Source: Acidimicrobiia bacterium (GTDB taxonomy: Bacteria > Actinomycetota > Acidimicrobiia > Spongiisociales > ZC4RG35). Taken from it: a DNA stretch of 64,000 nt. This document shows, in pieces, positions 11,700 through 20,637 of this stretch. Positions within the stretch are counted from its first letter, which is position 1; each line of letters starts with the position of its first letter. A program made the translations under genes and the position numbers. Where the stretch lies: contig JBGTKD010000173.1 of assembly GCA_041744795.1 (NCBI GenBank), forward strand, positions 4,214-68,213, written 5' to 3'. The notes beneath the pieces are model-generated. The model worked only from the letters and a program-made list of their open reading frames with translations, searched no databases and had not been told where the DNA came from.

Positions 11700-12302
11700 T
11701 CAATCCACGATGGCGGCGAGCCTCGTCCATTGCACGAGCATCAATGCCCGTTCGTGCGCCTCAACCAGAATCGAATAGGGGTCTATCGCACGACCATCCC
11801 GGTGAAGCTCGAAGTGGGTATGCGGGTCGCTGCCTCGTGCATTGCCTGAGACCCCGACAAAGCCGATGAGCGTTCCGGCGTCGACAAAGCTCCCCACCTC
11901 CAGACCGGGTGCGATTGCAGTGTCGAACCCGCCGCGACCGTTGCTGGACCCCGGCTCGTCGATGTCCGGGTGCATGTACCTCGACTCCCACCCCGAACCA
12001 TGATTGACGATGATGAACGCTCCCGCGCTGGTCCCTCTACCGATCCGTGTAACGATTCCCTCGGCGATTGAGTAGACCGGCGAAGCCTTCGGAGCCATCA
12101 GGTCGACGCCGATGTGGCTGCGGCCTCCCGACCGACTGGCACCCCAACTGTCGATAAACCAAGTCAATTCGGGGTCCTGGGGGAAGAACAGGTGGATGTG
12201 TTCCACCGGCCTTTCTTCGCTCACCACCTGGTCGCTGGCTAGCGCACGCAGCGGCGCTATCACGGATAAAACAAGAACGAGTGGTAGGAGACGGCGCGAC
12301 AT
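11700..12302 (-). CDS. Secreted M23 family metallopeptidase (LytM domain)
   Basis: A signal peptide is present. The HxxxD and HxH-type motifs (HIGVDL, GSDPHTHFELH) are typical of M23 peptidases. Confidence 0.8.
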   Translation of the reverse strand: MSRRLLPLVLVLSVIAPLRALASDQVVSEERPVEHIHLFFPQDPELTWFIDSWGASRSGGRSHIGVDLMAPKASPVYSIAEGIVTRIGRGTSAGAFIIVNHGSGWESRYMHPDIDEPGSSNGRGGFDTAIAPGLEVGSFVDAGTLIGFVGVSGNARGSDPHTHFELHRDGRAIDPYSILVEAHERALMLVQWTRLAAIVD

Positions 12303-12358
12303 AAGAGAGAAATTCTTTCCTTGGAGGGAGGGTCCTGACCGACGTTCCAGCGAGCAGC

Positions 12359-12390
12359 GAAACCGCCGAACCTCTCAGTCCGGCGGTTTC
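12359..12390 (-). terminator. Perfect 10-bp stem / 12-nt loop hairpin downstream of the HAD gene (candidate terminator or RNA element, no U-tract)
   Basis: GAAACCGCCG-aacctctcagtc-CGGCGGTTTC is seen directly in the sequence, in the 148-bp gap between two minus-strand genes. Confidence 0.35.
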
Positions 12391-12450
12391 GCCTGCCGCG
12401 TGGCCCGGACACCACTCCCAGGCCGGTCAGAACTCTGTTATCGGCTCGCT

Positions 12451-13059
12451 TCAGACGTTCTGAAGGCCAAACAACTCCGAAAGCCTGGCAATTGCCTGGT
12501 CGCCAGAAGTCACCTTGAAGGTCTTCATGCCCAGATCCCGTGCTGGCTTCAAGTTCGGACCAAGATCATCGAGCATCACACAGTCGACCGGATCCACGCC
12601 GAGACGCTCAAGACAGATCTCATAGATGCGCGGTTCCGGCTTACGGGTTCCCTCAACGACGGACTCGACAACCACGTCGAAGTGACGAGCCAGACCGTCG
12701 GGTCCGAAGGGTGTCCAGTTGTTGGTCAAGGCCGCGACCTTCACTCCCTTACGCCTCAACTCGTCGACCGCCCGAAGCATTTCGGGCCGGACACGGATCG
12801 ACGCATCGATGTCCGCCATCAATTCGGTGGCATCCAAGTCAACGTCGATCTCAAAGAACTCATCGCGGAATGCCCCGAGAAAGGCGGGGGTTGATATCTC
12901 GCCCCTCTCGTGACGCGCCCAGGCGCCCTGCTCGCCCGAACTCACAACCACCCTGTTGATCGTTCCCAACGGAATCCCGTGCCTTCGCTCGAAAGCCGCG
13001 ATTGCCTCCATCGGAGACTCCAAGACGACGCCACCGAGGTCGAAGATCACCGCCTTCAT
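12451..13059 (-). CDS. HAD superfamily hydrolase (subfamily IA; haloacid dehalogenase / epoxide-hydrolase N-terminal-like)
   Basis: The N-terminal motif I is MKAVIFDLGGVV. A motif IV-like VMLDD is present, and Lys/Asp occupy the expected positions. Confidence 0.75.
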   Translation of the reverse strand: MKAVIFDLGGVVLESPMEAIAAFERRHGIPLGTINRVVVSSGEQGAWARHERGEISTPAFLGAFRDEFFEIDVDLDATELMADIDASIRVRPEMLRAVDELRRKGVKVAALTNNWTPFGPDGLARHFDVVVESVVEGTRKPEPRIYEICLERLGVDPVDCVMLDDLGPNLKPARDLGMKTFKVTSGDQAIARLSELFGLQNV

Positions 13060-13652
13060 GCGCCGCCCAGTTGAAGGCGGGCAAGTTCGATCTGGTCGTC
13101 GAGCATTCCGACCGCCATCTCCATCCGCGCTCTTGGGCCCGAAGCAGACAAAAGAGCGTACGAGTCGAGCGGAGTCACCGGTATGAACGCCGCAAGTTGA
13201 TAGGACGCCGCGACCGGGTCGTCCCCTACATCGAGGTCCAGGTCGGCAGTATCAGCGCCCATCTCCGAAGCGAGGGTGAGGAGAACTTCGAGTCGAGACC
13301 GGACATCACCCCGGACGTCGGAGATGTCCTCGGTCGGGTCGGGAGCAGACTCCACGACAGCCCATGGATGGGGATCGTCATCCATCCACTCGATGACCCT
13401 GATCCTTTCGACCCCGGCCGCGACGATCACCCTGTGCCCGCTCTCGATCTCCTGATGCGCCAAAACCCGCAAACGCGTACCGACCTCCATCCGATGATCG
13501 CCGCCCCCCACTTCGAATCCCCGCTCAATCAATACAGAACCGAAACTGCACTTCTCGGACAAAACGGCGTCGAGCAGCACCTGATAGCGAGGCTCAAAAA
13601 CACGAAGCGGCACGCCGCTATAAGGGAAAACAACCGTACCGAGCGGGAACAT
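13056..13652 (-). CDS. LON N-terminal (substrate-binding) domain-only protein
   Basis: The start is ATG at 13652 (MFPLGTVVFPYSGVPLRVFEPRYQVLLD), matching the Lon-N signature (PLFPL..V.FP...LPL.IFEPRY). No AAA or protease domain follows. The ORF-track start at 14021 overlaps the upstream gene and is rejected. Confidence 0.65.
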   Translation of the reverse strand: MFPLGTVVFPYSGVPLRVFEPRYQVLLDAVLSEKCSFGSVLIERGFEVGGGDHRMEVGTRLRVLAHQEIESGHRVIVAAGVERIRVIEWMDDDPHPWAVVESAPDPTEDISDVRGDVRSRLEVLLTLASEMGADTADLDLDVGDDPVAASYQLAAFIPVTPLDSYALLSASGPRARMEMAVGMLDDQIELARLQLGGA

Positions 13653-13678
13653 GCGAAGCCGCTCTGGGGCCGGGAGCG

Positions 13679-14149
13679 TCAAGACGGTCTTGGGCGAACC
13701 GAGAACCTCAAACGGCTGGCGACCTCGTTGTTCAGCATGACAACGAAGGAATAGGCGCCGGTCGAAGGGAACGAAAGATTGTTGAAGGTGAAGGATCTCG
13801 CGACCCCAATGTCGCTGCCCTCGGGAATGCCCTGGGGTCGGGCCACTTTGACGCCCTGGGCAACTGGTGGCGTCGGGAGAACGCGCCCCCCGTCCTCGTC
13901 CTGTAAGTCGACACCGATTACAAGAACCTGGTCGGTCCAACTCCACGGCACCCGCACCCGCAGGCCCAGGCCCAGGCTGGGATATCGAGCAGGGAAGTCG
14001 GCCACGAAGAGCGTGTCCCACCCGCCGCCCAACACGTAAAGCTTGCCCTGCACTACCTGGACTGCGTCAGCCAGCAGTGCGAAATCGACCGTCGGTTTGA
14101 TCTCTTCTGTCGTCACGGAGACGATCCTACCCGCCCGACAATTCCGCAC
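13679..14149 (-). CDS. Hypothetical beta-rich cytoplasmic protein, probably co-transcribed with the Lon-N protein
   Basis: About 150 aa, not Arg/Gly-biased. It shows an alternating hydrophobic pattern and a 27-bp gap to the downstream gene. I recognise no family. The exact start is uncertain. Confidence 0.4.
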   Translation of the reverse strand: MRNCRAGRIVSVTTEEIKPTVDFALLADAVQVVQGKLYVLGGGWDTLFVADFPARYPSLGLGLRVRVPWSWTDQVLVIGVDLQDEDGGRVLPTPPVAQGVKVARPQGIPEGSDIGVARSFTFNNLSFPSTGAYSFVVMLNNEVASRLRFSVRPRPS

Positions 14150-14200
14150 CCGGTCGACCTCGTTTATCGTCAGCGACCAATTGACGAGCCAGGAGCCTTC

Positions 14201-15517
14201 GTGACCGCTACCCCAATCGCCCCCGCATCTGGACGCCTAGGCGTCCTCCTCCCCGGTATGGGCGCGGTGGCAACCACATTCATTGCCGGTGTAATGGCGA
14301 CCCGAAAGGGCATTTCGTCTCCCATCGGATCGATGACCCAGATGGGAAGAATCCGGCTCGGCAAACGCACGGACAATCGGACTCCCCTCGTTCGCGAATT
14401 CGTCAGCCTCGCTCCCCTAGACGATCTCGTGTTCGGCGGTTGGGACCCATATTCAGAAGACGCTTACAGCGCCGCGATGCGAGCCGGGGTTCTAGATCCT
14501 GCGCTTCTCGAATCAGTTGGTGACGAGATGCGGGCAATCAAGCCGATGAAGGCCGTATTCGACGGCAAATGGGTCACACGGCTCGAAGACACCGACCACG
14601 TGGCTTCGTACGGATCTCACCTCGAAGCAGTCGAGAGCCTGGTTGAAGACATCGAACGGTTCCGCGCCGAGAACGGCTGTGATCGCCTGGTGATGGTTTG
14701 GTGCGGTTCGACCGAGGCCTATGAGGAGCCGAGCGCAGTCCATGAGTCTCTCGCAGCCTTTGAAGAGGGCCTCAAGAACAACGACCCAGCCATCGCCCCC
14801 TCCCAGCTGTACGCCTACGCGGCGTTGACGACGGGCGTTCCGTTCGCCAATGGTGCTCCGAACCTGTCTGTTGACTTTCCGGCGATGGTCGAGCTCGCCA
14901 TTCGCGAGAGGGTCCCGATCTGTGGCAAGGACTTCAAGACCGGACAGACGTTAATGAAGACGATTCTGGCCCCAGGCTTGAAAACCAGGAGCCTGGGAAT
15001 CCATGGCTGGTTCTCCACGAACATCCTGGGCAACCGTGACGGCGAGGTTCTCGATGCCCCCGAAAACTTCCGCTCCAAGGAGGTCTCAAAGCTGGGGGTA
15101 CTGGAGACGATCCTCCAGCCCGAAGTCAACCCCGAGTTGTACGGCGACCTTTATCACAAGGTCAGGATCGAGTACTACCCGCCCCGCGGAGACGACAAGG
15201 AGGGCTGGGACAACATCGACATCTTCGGATGGCTCGGATACAAGATGCAGATCAAGGTCGACTTCCTTTGCAAGGACTCCATCCTTGCGGCTCCTTTGGT
15301 TCTTGATCTCGCCCTGTTCCTCGATCTTGCCGCCCGCGCTGGCAAGGGTGGCATCCAGGAGTGGTTGTCGTTCTACTTCAAGAGTCCCCAAACCGCCCGA
15401 GGTCTTTATCCGGAACATGACATCTTCATTCAGCAGAAGAAGCTGAAGAACACTCTGCGCGCGTGGATGGGTGAAGACTTGATCACCCATCTCGGCGACG
15501 AATACTACGAGGAGTGA
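14201..15517 (+). CDS. ino1: myo-Inositol-1-phosphate synthase (archaeal/bacterial type)
   Basis: Motifs are FANGAPN and KTGQT-like (MIPS SGQTK region), with NILGNRDG-like blocks. 438 aa. Confidence 0.75.
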   Translation: MTATPIAPASGRLGVLLPGMGAVATTFIAGVMATRKGISSPIGSMTQMGRIRLGKRTDNRTPLVREFVSLAPLDDLVFGGWDPYSEDAYSAAMRAGVLDPALLESVGDEMRAIKPMKAVFDGKWVTRLEDTDHVASYGSHLEAVESLVEDIERFRAENGCDRLVMVWCGSTEAYEEPSAVHESLAAFEEGLKNNDPAIAPSQLYAYAALTTGVPFANGAPNLSVDFPAMVELAIRERVPICGKDFKTGQTLMKTILAPGLKTRSLGIHGWFSTNILGNRDGEVLDAPENFRSKEVSKLGVLETILQPEVNPELYGDLYHKVRIEYYPPRGDDKEGWDNIDIFGWLGYKMQIKVDFLCKDSILAAPLVLDLALFLDLAARAGKGGIQEWLSFYFKSPQTARGLYPEHDIFIQQKKLKNTLRAWMGEDLITHLGDEYYEE

Positions 15518-15523
15518 GGTCTG

Positions 15524-15949
15524 GTGGCGGGTCCCGCACCCGACGACGACTTGGAAGTCGGCGAGTGGAGTATCCCGTCGTCGGAACTCGAGTGGAGGTT
15601 TTCGACTTCAGGCGGTCCCGGGGGACAACACGCCAACCGGTCGAACACCCGCGCTGACCTGATTTTCGACCTGACTGCCACTGAAGTCTTCCCGACCGAT
15701 GTTCAACGACGTATGACCGAACGTCTCGGATCTGACCCCCTCGTGGTCTCAGTCGCGGAAAGTCGATCCCAGTTCCGAAACCGGATGCTGGCGAGGGCCA
15801 GGATGCGAGATCTGCTCGTGGGCGCAATGAAGGAGACTCGCCGACGGCGGCCCACCAAGCCAACCAGGACCTCTAAGCGAAAGCGCTTGGACGACAAGCG
15901 GGCACGCAGCGAGAAGAAGAAACTCCGTCGTCAGCCGCCTGTGGACTGA
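15524..15949 (+). CDS. arfB: Alternative ribosome-rescue factor ArfB (peptidyl-tRNA hydrolase, RF-1 domain with GGQ)
   Basis: A GGQ motif is present (SGGPGGQHANRSNT), followed by a basic C-terminal tail. Confidence 0.85.
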   Translation: MAGPAPDDDLEVGEWSIPSSELEWRFSTSGGPGGQHANRSNTRADLIFDLTATEVFPTDVQRRMTERLGSDPLVVSVAESRSQFRNRMLARARMRDLLVGAMKETRRRRPTKPTRTSKRKRLDDKRARSEKKKLRRQPPVD

Positions 15950-17308
15950 CTACGAAGCGCTTCCTGTGTCGAATAGGCGGGCGACCGCCGAGCGGTCGAC
16001 TTTTCCGACCCCGATCATCGGAAGTTCTGATACCCGCACCCAACGACGCGGAATCTCGAAGCTCGCAAGGACACCACGCAGATGTGTCTCGATATCTGGG
16101 TGATCCGCAGTACCGGTGTAAGCAGCAGCAACCAACTCACCCCACCGAGGGTCCGGCACGCCTACGACCGCCACACGTCCAACTCCCGACAGTCGAGCGA
16201 TCGCCGACTCGACACGCTCGGGCATGACGTTCTCGCCCCCGGTGACGATCACCGAGTCACTCCTGCCGATCACCTCCAGACGGTTCCCGTGCATTGCACC
16301 TAGGTCGCCGGTGACCAACGGACCGACCCGATCAGGCTCATCCAGGTAGCCGCGAGAGACCATCGGTCCATCGACCACGACGTGTCCTGTCTCCGAAACG
16401 GAAACCGAAGCCCCGTCGAGGACGACCAGCCGGTCAGGGCGCGGCTCAGCAGGGTCGGCCGTTGCGACCTGAGACCCGGTCTCGGTCATCCCGTAGGTGG
16501 GGAGCAGCAAGAGGGGTGATGCCGACAAAGCTCTCTCAGATGCCGGGCCGCCACCGATCAAACCGCAGCGGAAGTTGGGAGCCCGGTCGAGGCCATATTC
16601 CAAGAGTTGTTCGACCATCGGCGACACGAAGGAGGCCAGAGTCACCTCCCCATCTTGGATCAGTCCGACAACCTTTCCTGGGTTAAAAGGCCCAGCGAGA
16701 AGCACGGCAGAACCTTGGCGGACGGATCGCCAGAGGATCGAAAGGCCCCCCACGTGGTGAAGCGGCAGCACAGCCAGCCAGCGGTCGGATGCAGAGTGGT
16801 CGATGTGGGCGGCGGAGGCGGCGGCACTTGCCTCGATGTTGGCCCAGGTGAGTCGGGCAGCACGAGGCAACCCAGAGGTTCCCGAGGTAAAGACTGCACT
16901 GTGGGCGGCGTCATCCTCGGGCTCGGCCAGCCCTAGGGACGTCTCGAAGTCGTGTGCGGACCCCAACACGGAATGGACCCCTGCGATCTCCGAGAGTCGC
17001 CGTCGCTCGACGTCGTCGACCGTGGCAGGCAGCGGCACAAGGGTCATCCCCGCCATAGGGACAGCCAGCGCCATGAGCACGGACTCAACGTTGGGGTACA
17101 TGACGACGCCTACGCGGGCTCCCAAAGGGAGCTTCGACCTGACTCCGCCAGCCAATGCCGCCACCCGCTGATAGGCGTGTCCGAAGTCGACAGTCTGGCG
17201 ACCGTCGATCAGAAACGGAGCATCCGGTGTGTCACGCGCCCAGCGGGAAAGCCAGTCCAAGAGGAGTTCAATCCCCCCAGTAGCGCTGCTCACGTAACGG
17301 ATCCCCAT
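15950..17308 (-). CDS. AMP-dependent synthetase/ligase (MenE / acyl-CoA synthetase-like)
   Basis: AMP-binding motifs are TSGTSGLPR and TYGMTET. The listed start overlaps the upstream gene by 41 bp, so the true start is probably further downstream. Confidence 0.75.
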   Translation of the reverse strand: MGIRYVSSATGGIELLLDWLSRWARDTPDAPFLIDGRQTVDFGHAYQRVAALAGGVRSKLPLGARVGVVMYPNVESVLMALAVPMAGMTLVPLPATVDDVERRRLSEIAGVHSVLGSAHDFETSLGLAEPEDDAAHSAVFTSGTSGLPRAARLTWANIEASAAASAAHIDHSASDRWLAVLPLHHVGGLSILWRSVRQGSAVLLAGPFNPGKVVGLIQDGEVTLASFVSPMVEQLLEYGLDRAPNFRCGLIGGGPASERALSASPLLLLPTYGMTETGSQVATADPAEPRPDRLVVLDGASVSVSETGHVVVDGPMVSRGYLDEPDRVGPLVTGDLGAMHGNRLEVIGRSDSVIVTGGENVMPERVESAIARLSGVGRVAVVGVPDPRWGELVAAAYTGTADHPDIETHLRGVLASFEIPRRWVRVSELPMIGVGKVDRSAVARLFDTGSAS

Positions 17309-17867
17309 ACATGTGGTACCCGTTCCGCTCCCAGAAACCAGGCTCGTCGTGGTCGAGGAACCTGAAGCCCCTGACCCACTTCACAGACTTCCAGAAGTAG
17401 AGGTGAGGCACCACGAGACGCAAGGGCCAACCGTGTTCCAGATCCAGGTCTTCGCCTCCGAACTTCCATGCCAACAGGTTCTCGTCCCTTAAGAAGTCCT
17501 CGACCGGCAGGTTGGCCGTAAAGCCGTGTTCGGCCCACACGAGCACATGCGAGGCGGAAGCAGACAGTTCGAAGGGGCGCATGAAATCGGTCACGGACAC
17601 GCCATGCCAGTTCGTGTCGAGCTTCGACCATTTCGTGACACAGTGGATGTCGACAGTTCGATCGACTGTTGGCATGGCCTTGATCTCGTCGAGGCTGAAC
17701 TTCGCGCCTTCCTCGACGAGGCCCTCGACAACGAAGTCCCAACTGGCAAGTTCGATGCGAGGAGTCGCCCCAGCGTGGAGAACCGGAAACCGGTCGGTCA
17801 CGTACTGACCGGGCGGCACCCTGCCAGCTTCAACTCCATCAGACTCGGTTCCCCTGAAGAATGCCAA
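17268..17867 (-). CDS. Sulfite-oxidase-family molybdopterin-binding oxidoreductase domain protein (cytoplasmic)
   Basis: The molybdopterin-binding-domain pattern is HCVTKWS with downstream blocks WSKLDTNWHGV and GWPLRLVVP. No signal peptide is present. Confidence 0.75.
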   Translation of the reverse strand: MAFFRGTESDGVEAGRVPPGQYVTDRFPVLHAGATPRIELASWDFVVEGLVEEGAKFSLDEIKAMPTVDRTVDIHCVTKWSKLDTNWHGVSVTDFMRPFELSASASHVLVWAEHGFTANLPVEDFLRDENLLAWKFGGEDLDLEHGWPLRLVVPHLYFWKSVKWVRGFRFLDHDEPGFWERNGYHMYGDPLREQRYWGD

Positions 17868-17903
17868 CTCGACTCCCTTTGACCGGCAATACCCTATCGA
17901 GCG

Positions 17904-18476
17904 ATGCCAACCTCGGAACTCACCGATGTGTTCCCGGAACCCGTTGTTCCGCTGCGGCCTGCCCGCGGCCGGTTGACGGTGGTCTTCGCCGTCGTAGTGG
18001 GTCTAGGCCTACTTGTCTCCCAAGGCTTGAGCGATCCAGGTGATGCAGGTTCAGGCGGAGCACTTACGGGTGTCGCCCCCGAAGTGGCGATGACCACCTT
18101 CGACGGATCCCCCTGGAGGCTTTCGGAACACTTGGCGGGTGACGGCCGGCCGGTAGTCCTCAACCTATGGGCGAGTTGGTGCCTGCCATGTCTCGAAGAG
18201 ATTCCTGAACTGTCAAAATTCTCGGACTCCCACCCGGAGTTTCTCGTCGTCGGCGTGGCCGTGGAAGATCGACTCGACGCAGCCCGCCGAATGGTCGGTG
18301 ATCTAGCCCCGTCCTATCTGGTCGGCATGGACGACACCGGACGATTACGGGATCGCTACCCGTCGGTTGGGATGCCGTTCACTGTCGTAATCGACCGACA
18401 GGGTGTCATCCGATGGTCGAAGGTCGGCGGCGTCACGGCCTCAGAGTTGGAGGCGGCCGTCTCCGGGATTCGTTGA
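17904..18476 (+). CDS. Membrane-anchored TlpA/ResA-like thiol-disulfide oxidoreductase (thioredoxin fold)
   Basis: One TM anchor, then the WASWCLPC active site (WCxxC). Confidence 0.8.
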   Translation: MPTSELTDVFPEPVVPLRPARGRLTVVFAVVVGLGLLVSQGLSDPGDAGSGGALTGVAPEVAMTTFDGSPWRLSEHLAGDGRPVVLNLWASWCLPCLEEIPELSKFSDSHPEFLVVGVAVEDRLDAARRMVGDLAPSYLVGMDDTGRLRDRYPSVGMPFTVVIDRQGVIRWSKVGGVTASELEAAVSGIR

Positions 18477-19208
18477 TTAGGAGACGTCAGCGAACTGGGT
18501 CTCGAAGAGGAACTGGGCGTAGTCAAGGTTCGGACCCGCCGTGAGCTCCGCTTGAATTATCAGCCGCTTGGCGGCAGAGAACTTCGGGTGACATGTCGTG
18601 AGCGTCAACCACGCCCCAGGCTTCGGATCGGTTACCCACACGTCGTATGGGGTGACGATGAAAGACTCGCGCACGGTGTATTCGTGAACGCCAATGGCTG
18701 TCTCTACCTCGATCACATCACCGGGCGAAAGCTGATCAAGGTCGAAGAACGGTGCTCCATGTGTGGTTCGGTGCCCGGAGATCACGGCGTTTCCTGGCTG
18801 ACCGGGGAGAGGAGTCCACGGCATGTGACCAGGCCCCTGGTTGATGGTCGACGGCAGAACACCACCGAACAACACCCAATCAACATCGATGGACGGGATC
18901 CGGATCATCCCCAGCGCCTCGCCCTCCTCGACGCCCACCTCGGGGTGGAAGCTGACGGTCTTGACCTCACGCGGTTCTGTGGTGGTAGTGGTACCGGGGG
19001 TTTCGGCCGGCGGCGGGAAGGTCACCGTCACTGGCGTCTCGAGGTCGCTGCGACGCTCATCGAACTCGTCTACCAGCACTTCTCTGGCTGTCTCCTGGAC
19101 GCGCGTGTTCAACACGTCGGTCACGACGAGCTGATATGCGACGATGCCCAGCGTCAGTACACCGGTCCACACCATGGCGAAACCGGCGATCCTGATCATT
19201 CTCTGCAT
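18477..19208 (-). CDS. Class E sortase
   Basis: An N-terminal TM anchor is followed by a Thr/Pro linker. The sortase catalytic blocks are ISGHRTTHGAPF and TLTTCHP (TLxTC). Confidence 0.85.
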   Translation of the reverse strand: MQRMIRIAGFAMVWTGVLTLGIVAYQLVVTDVLNTRVQETAREVLVDEFDERRSDLETPVTVTFPPPAETPGTTTTTEPREVKTVSFHPEVGVEEGEALGMIRIPSIDVDWVLFGGVLPSTINQGPGHMPWTPLPGQPGNAVISGHRTTHGAPFFDLDQLSPGDVIEVETAIGVHEYTVRESFIVTPYDVWVTDPKPGAWLTLTTCHPKFSAAKRLIIQAELTAGPNLDYAQFLFETQFADVS

Positions 19209-19247
19209 TGGCCCAAGGCTATCGGCTGTCCAACGTTGCGCAATGCC

Positions 19248-20012
19248 TCATCGACCCCGAAACTCCGGAATCCGCTTTTCGGCGAAGGCACTCACCCCTT
19301 CTCGGGCGTCTTCGGTGGACGCCACGGCAGTGAGTCCTGCCTGAAGCCGATCAAGGGCTGTGTCCGGGTCGGTTGCCATGGCGGCCATGAACGCGTCCCG
19401 TCCGAGCATCAGCGAACCTGGACTGTTTCGGAGTGCTTCGAGGGTCTCGGCGACCGCTGTATCGAGTTGGGACCGCGGAACCACTCTCGACACGGCACCA
19501 AGGCGTAAAGCCTCGGCGGGCGTGATGGTCCGACCGGTGAGCATCAGTTCCAAGGCCGCCTTTTGCGGCATGGCGCGGGCGAGGGCAACGGTGATCATCA
19601 TCGGCCACAGACCTACCCGCACCTCGGGTACTCCGAGCTTTGCGTCATCGACGCAGATCGTGATGTCGCAGGCCACCGCCAGCCCGAACCCGCCTGCGAG
19701 GGCGTGACCGTTCACCCGGGCAACCGTTGGCTTGCCTCCCCGCCACAACAACCGCAGAAGATCGGCAAACCGCCCACGCTCGGCGTGCCTGGCGACCGGG
19801 TCCTCGAAAAACCCGGACGCAAGATCTCCACCGGCGCTGAACGTGGAATCGCCTGCTCCGGTGATCACTATGACCTCAATAGAGGTGTCGGCGATGGCCC
19901 GCTGGACACCGTCGAGCAGACCCGAGATCGTTGCAGAACTGAGGGGGTTGCGACGCTCCGGGTCGTTGATCGTGACGGTGGCGACAGCGTTTTCGGTTTC
20001 GTATCTGACCAT
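19248..20012 (-). CDS. Enoyl-CoA hydratase/isomerase (crotonase) family protein
   Basis: The start is ATG at 20012 (MVRYETENAVATVTINDPERRN). An oxyanion-hole GAGDSTFSAGGDL block is present. The ORF-track 5' extension was rejected. Confidence 0.8.
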   Translation of the reverse strand: MVRYETENAVATVTINDPERRNPLSSATISGLLDGVQRAIADTSIEVIVITGAGDSTFSAGGDLASGFFEDPVARHAERGRFADLLRLLWRGGKPTVARVNGHALAGGFGLAVACDITICVDDAKLGVPEVRVGLWPMMITVALARAMPQKAALELMLTGRTITPAEALRLGAVSRVVPRSQLDTAVAETLEALRNSPGSLMLGRDAFMAAMATDPDTALDRLQAGLTAVASTEDAREGVSAFAEKRIPEFRGR

Positions 20013-20058
20013 GTGAACCACATTGTGCCGCGCCAGGGCTGTGATAGCGTTCAAAGCC

Positions 20059-20637
20059 ATGCTGTGGCTTGTCATCGTCCTATTTGTGGCGATGTCCCTC
20101 GCGGTACTGCGGGGGGGCCGCCTATCGAATCTGGCCGACATTCGGCTACGAATGTGGTGGCTTCTGCCACTGGGATTCAGCATGCAGGGAGGTGCGGCCC
20201 TCGTCGATCCCGGGTTCGGCTTCTACCTCGTGCTGCTCTCCTACGTTCCTCTCCTGGGTCTGATGATCCTCAATCGCGATCGGGACGGGCTGTGGCTCGC
20301 AGGAGTGGGGGTCCTTCTCAACTTCACTGTGATCGCCCTCAACGGCGGAATGCCGGTGTTAGAGGGCGCGATCGAAGTAGCCGCCGGGTATGCCCCCGGT
20401 GGTGCTGACCTGACCAACGCCGCCAAACACACTGAGATGGGCGAGGGGACCATGCTGGCGTTCCTCGCAGACGTGATACCGATCCGCATGGCCAACCAGG
20501 GCTCGGTCATCTCGATCGGCGACGTGTTCTTGGCGGTCGGTCTGGGACGGTTCCTCGAAGCCGAGTTGCGCAGACCCGTTCGCTGGTTCAAGCCCGGAGT
20601 GAAGCTGCAAGGCGGATCGGCCAACCGGCCCCGTTGA
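20059..20637 (+). CDS. Integral membrane protein, DUF5317-like (start uncertain: 20023, 20059 or 20092)
   Basis: 5-6 TM helices with a conserved-looking NAAKHTEMGEG...SIGDVFLA region. Its stop abuts the stop of the first HD-GYP gene, so the two are convergent. Confidence 0.45.
   Translation: MLWLVIVLFVAMSLAVLRGGRLSNLADIRLRMWWLLPLGFSMQGGAALVDPGFGFYLVLLSYVPLLGLMILNRDRDGLWLAGVGVLLNFTVIALNGGMPVLEGAIEVAAGYAPGGADLTNAAKHTEMGEGTMLAFLADVIPIRMANQGSVISIGDVFLAVGLGRFLEAELRRPVRWFKPGVKLQGGSANRPR

Noticed and set aside
13653-14021. 5' extension of the Lon-N ORF to 14021 as listed in the ORF track
   Set aside because: The extension is Pro/Gly/Arg-rich and overlaps the independent upstream gene. The Lon-N signature begins at the internal ATG at 13652.
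18552-19508. 318-aa ORF antisense to sortase/ECH
   Set aside because: Arg/Gly-rich with no motifs, and it spans two real genes on the other strand.
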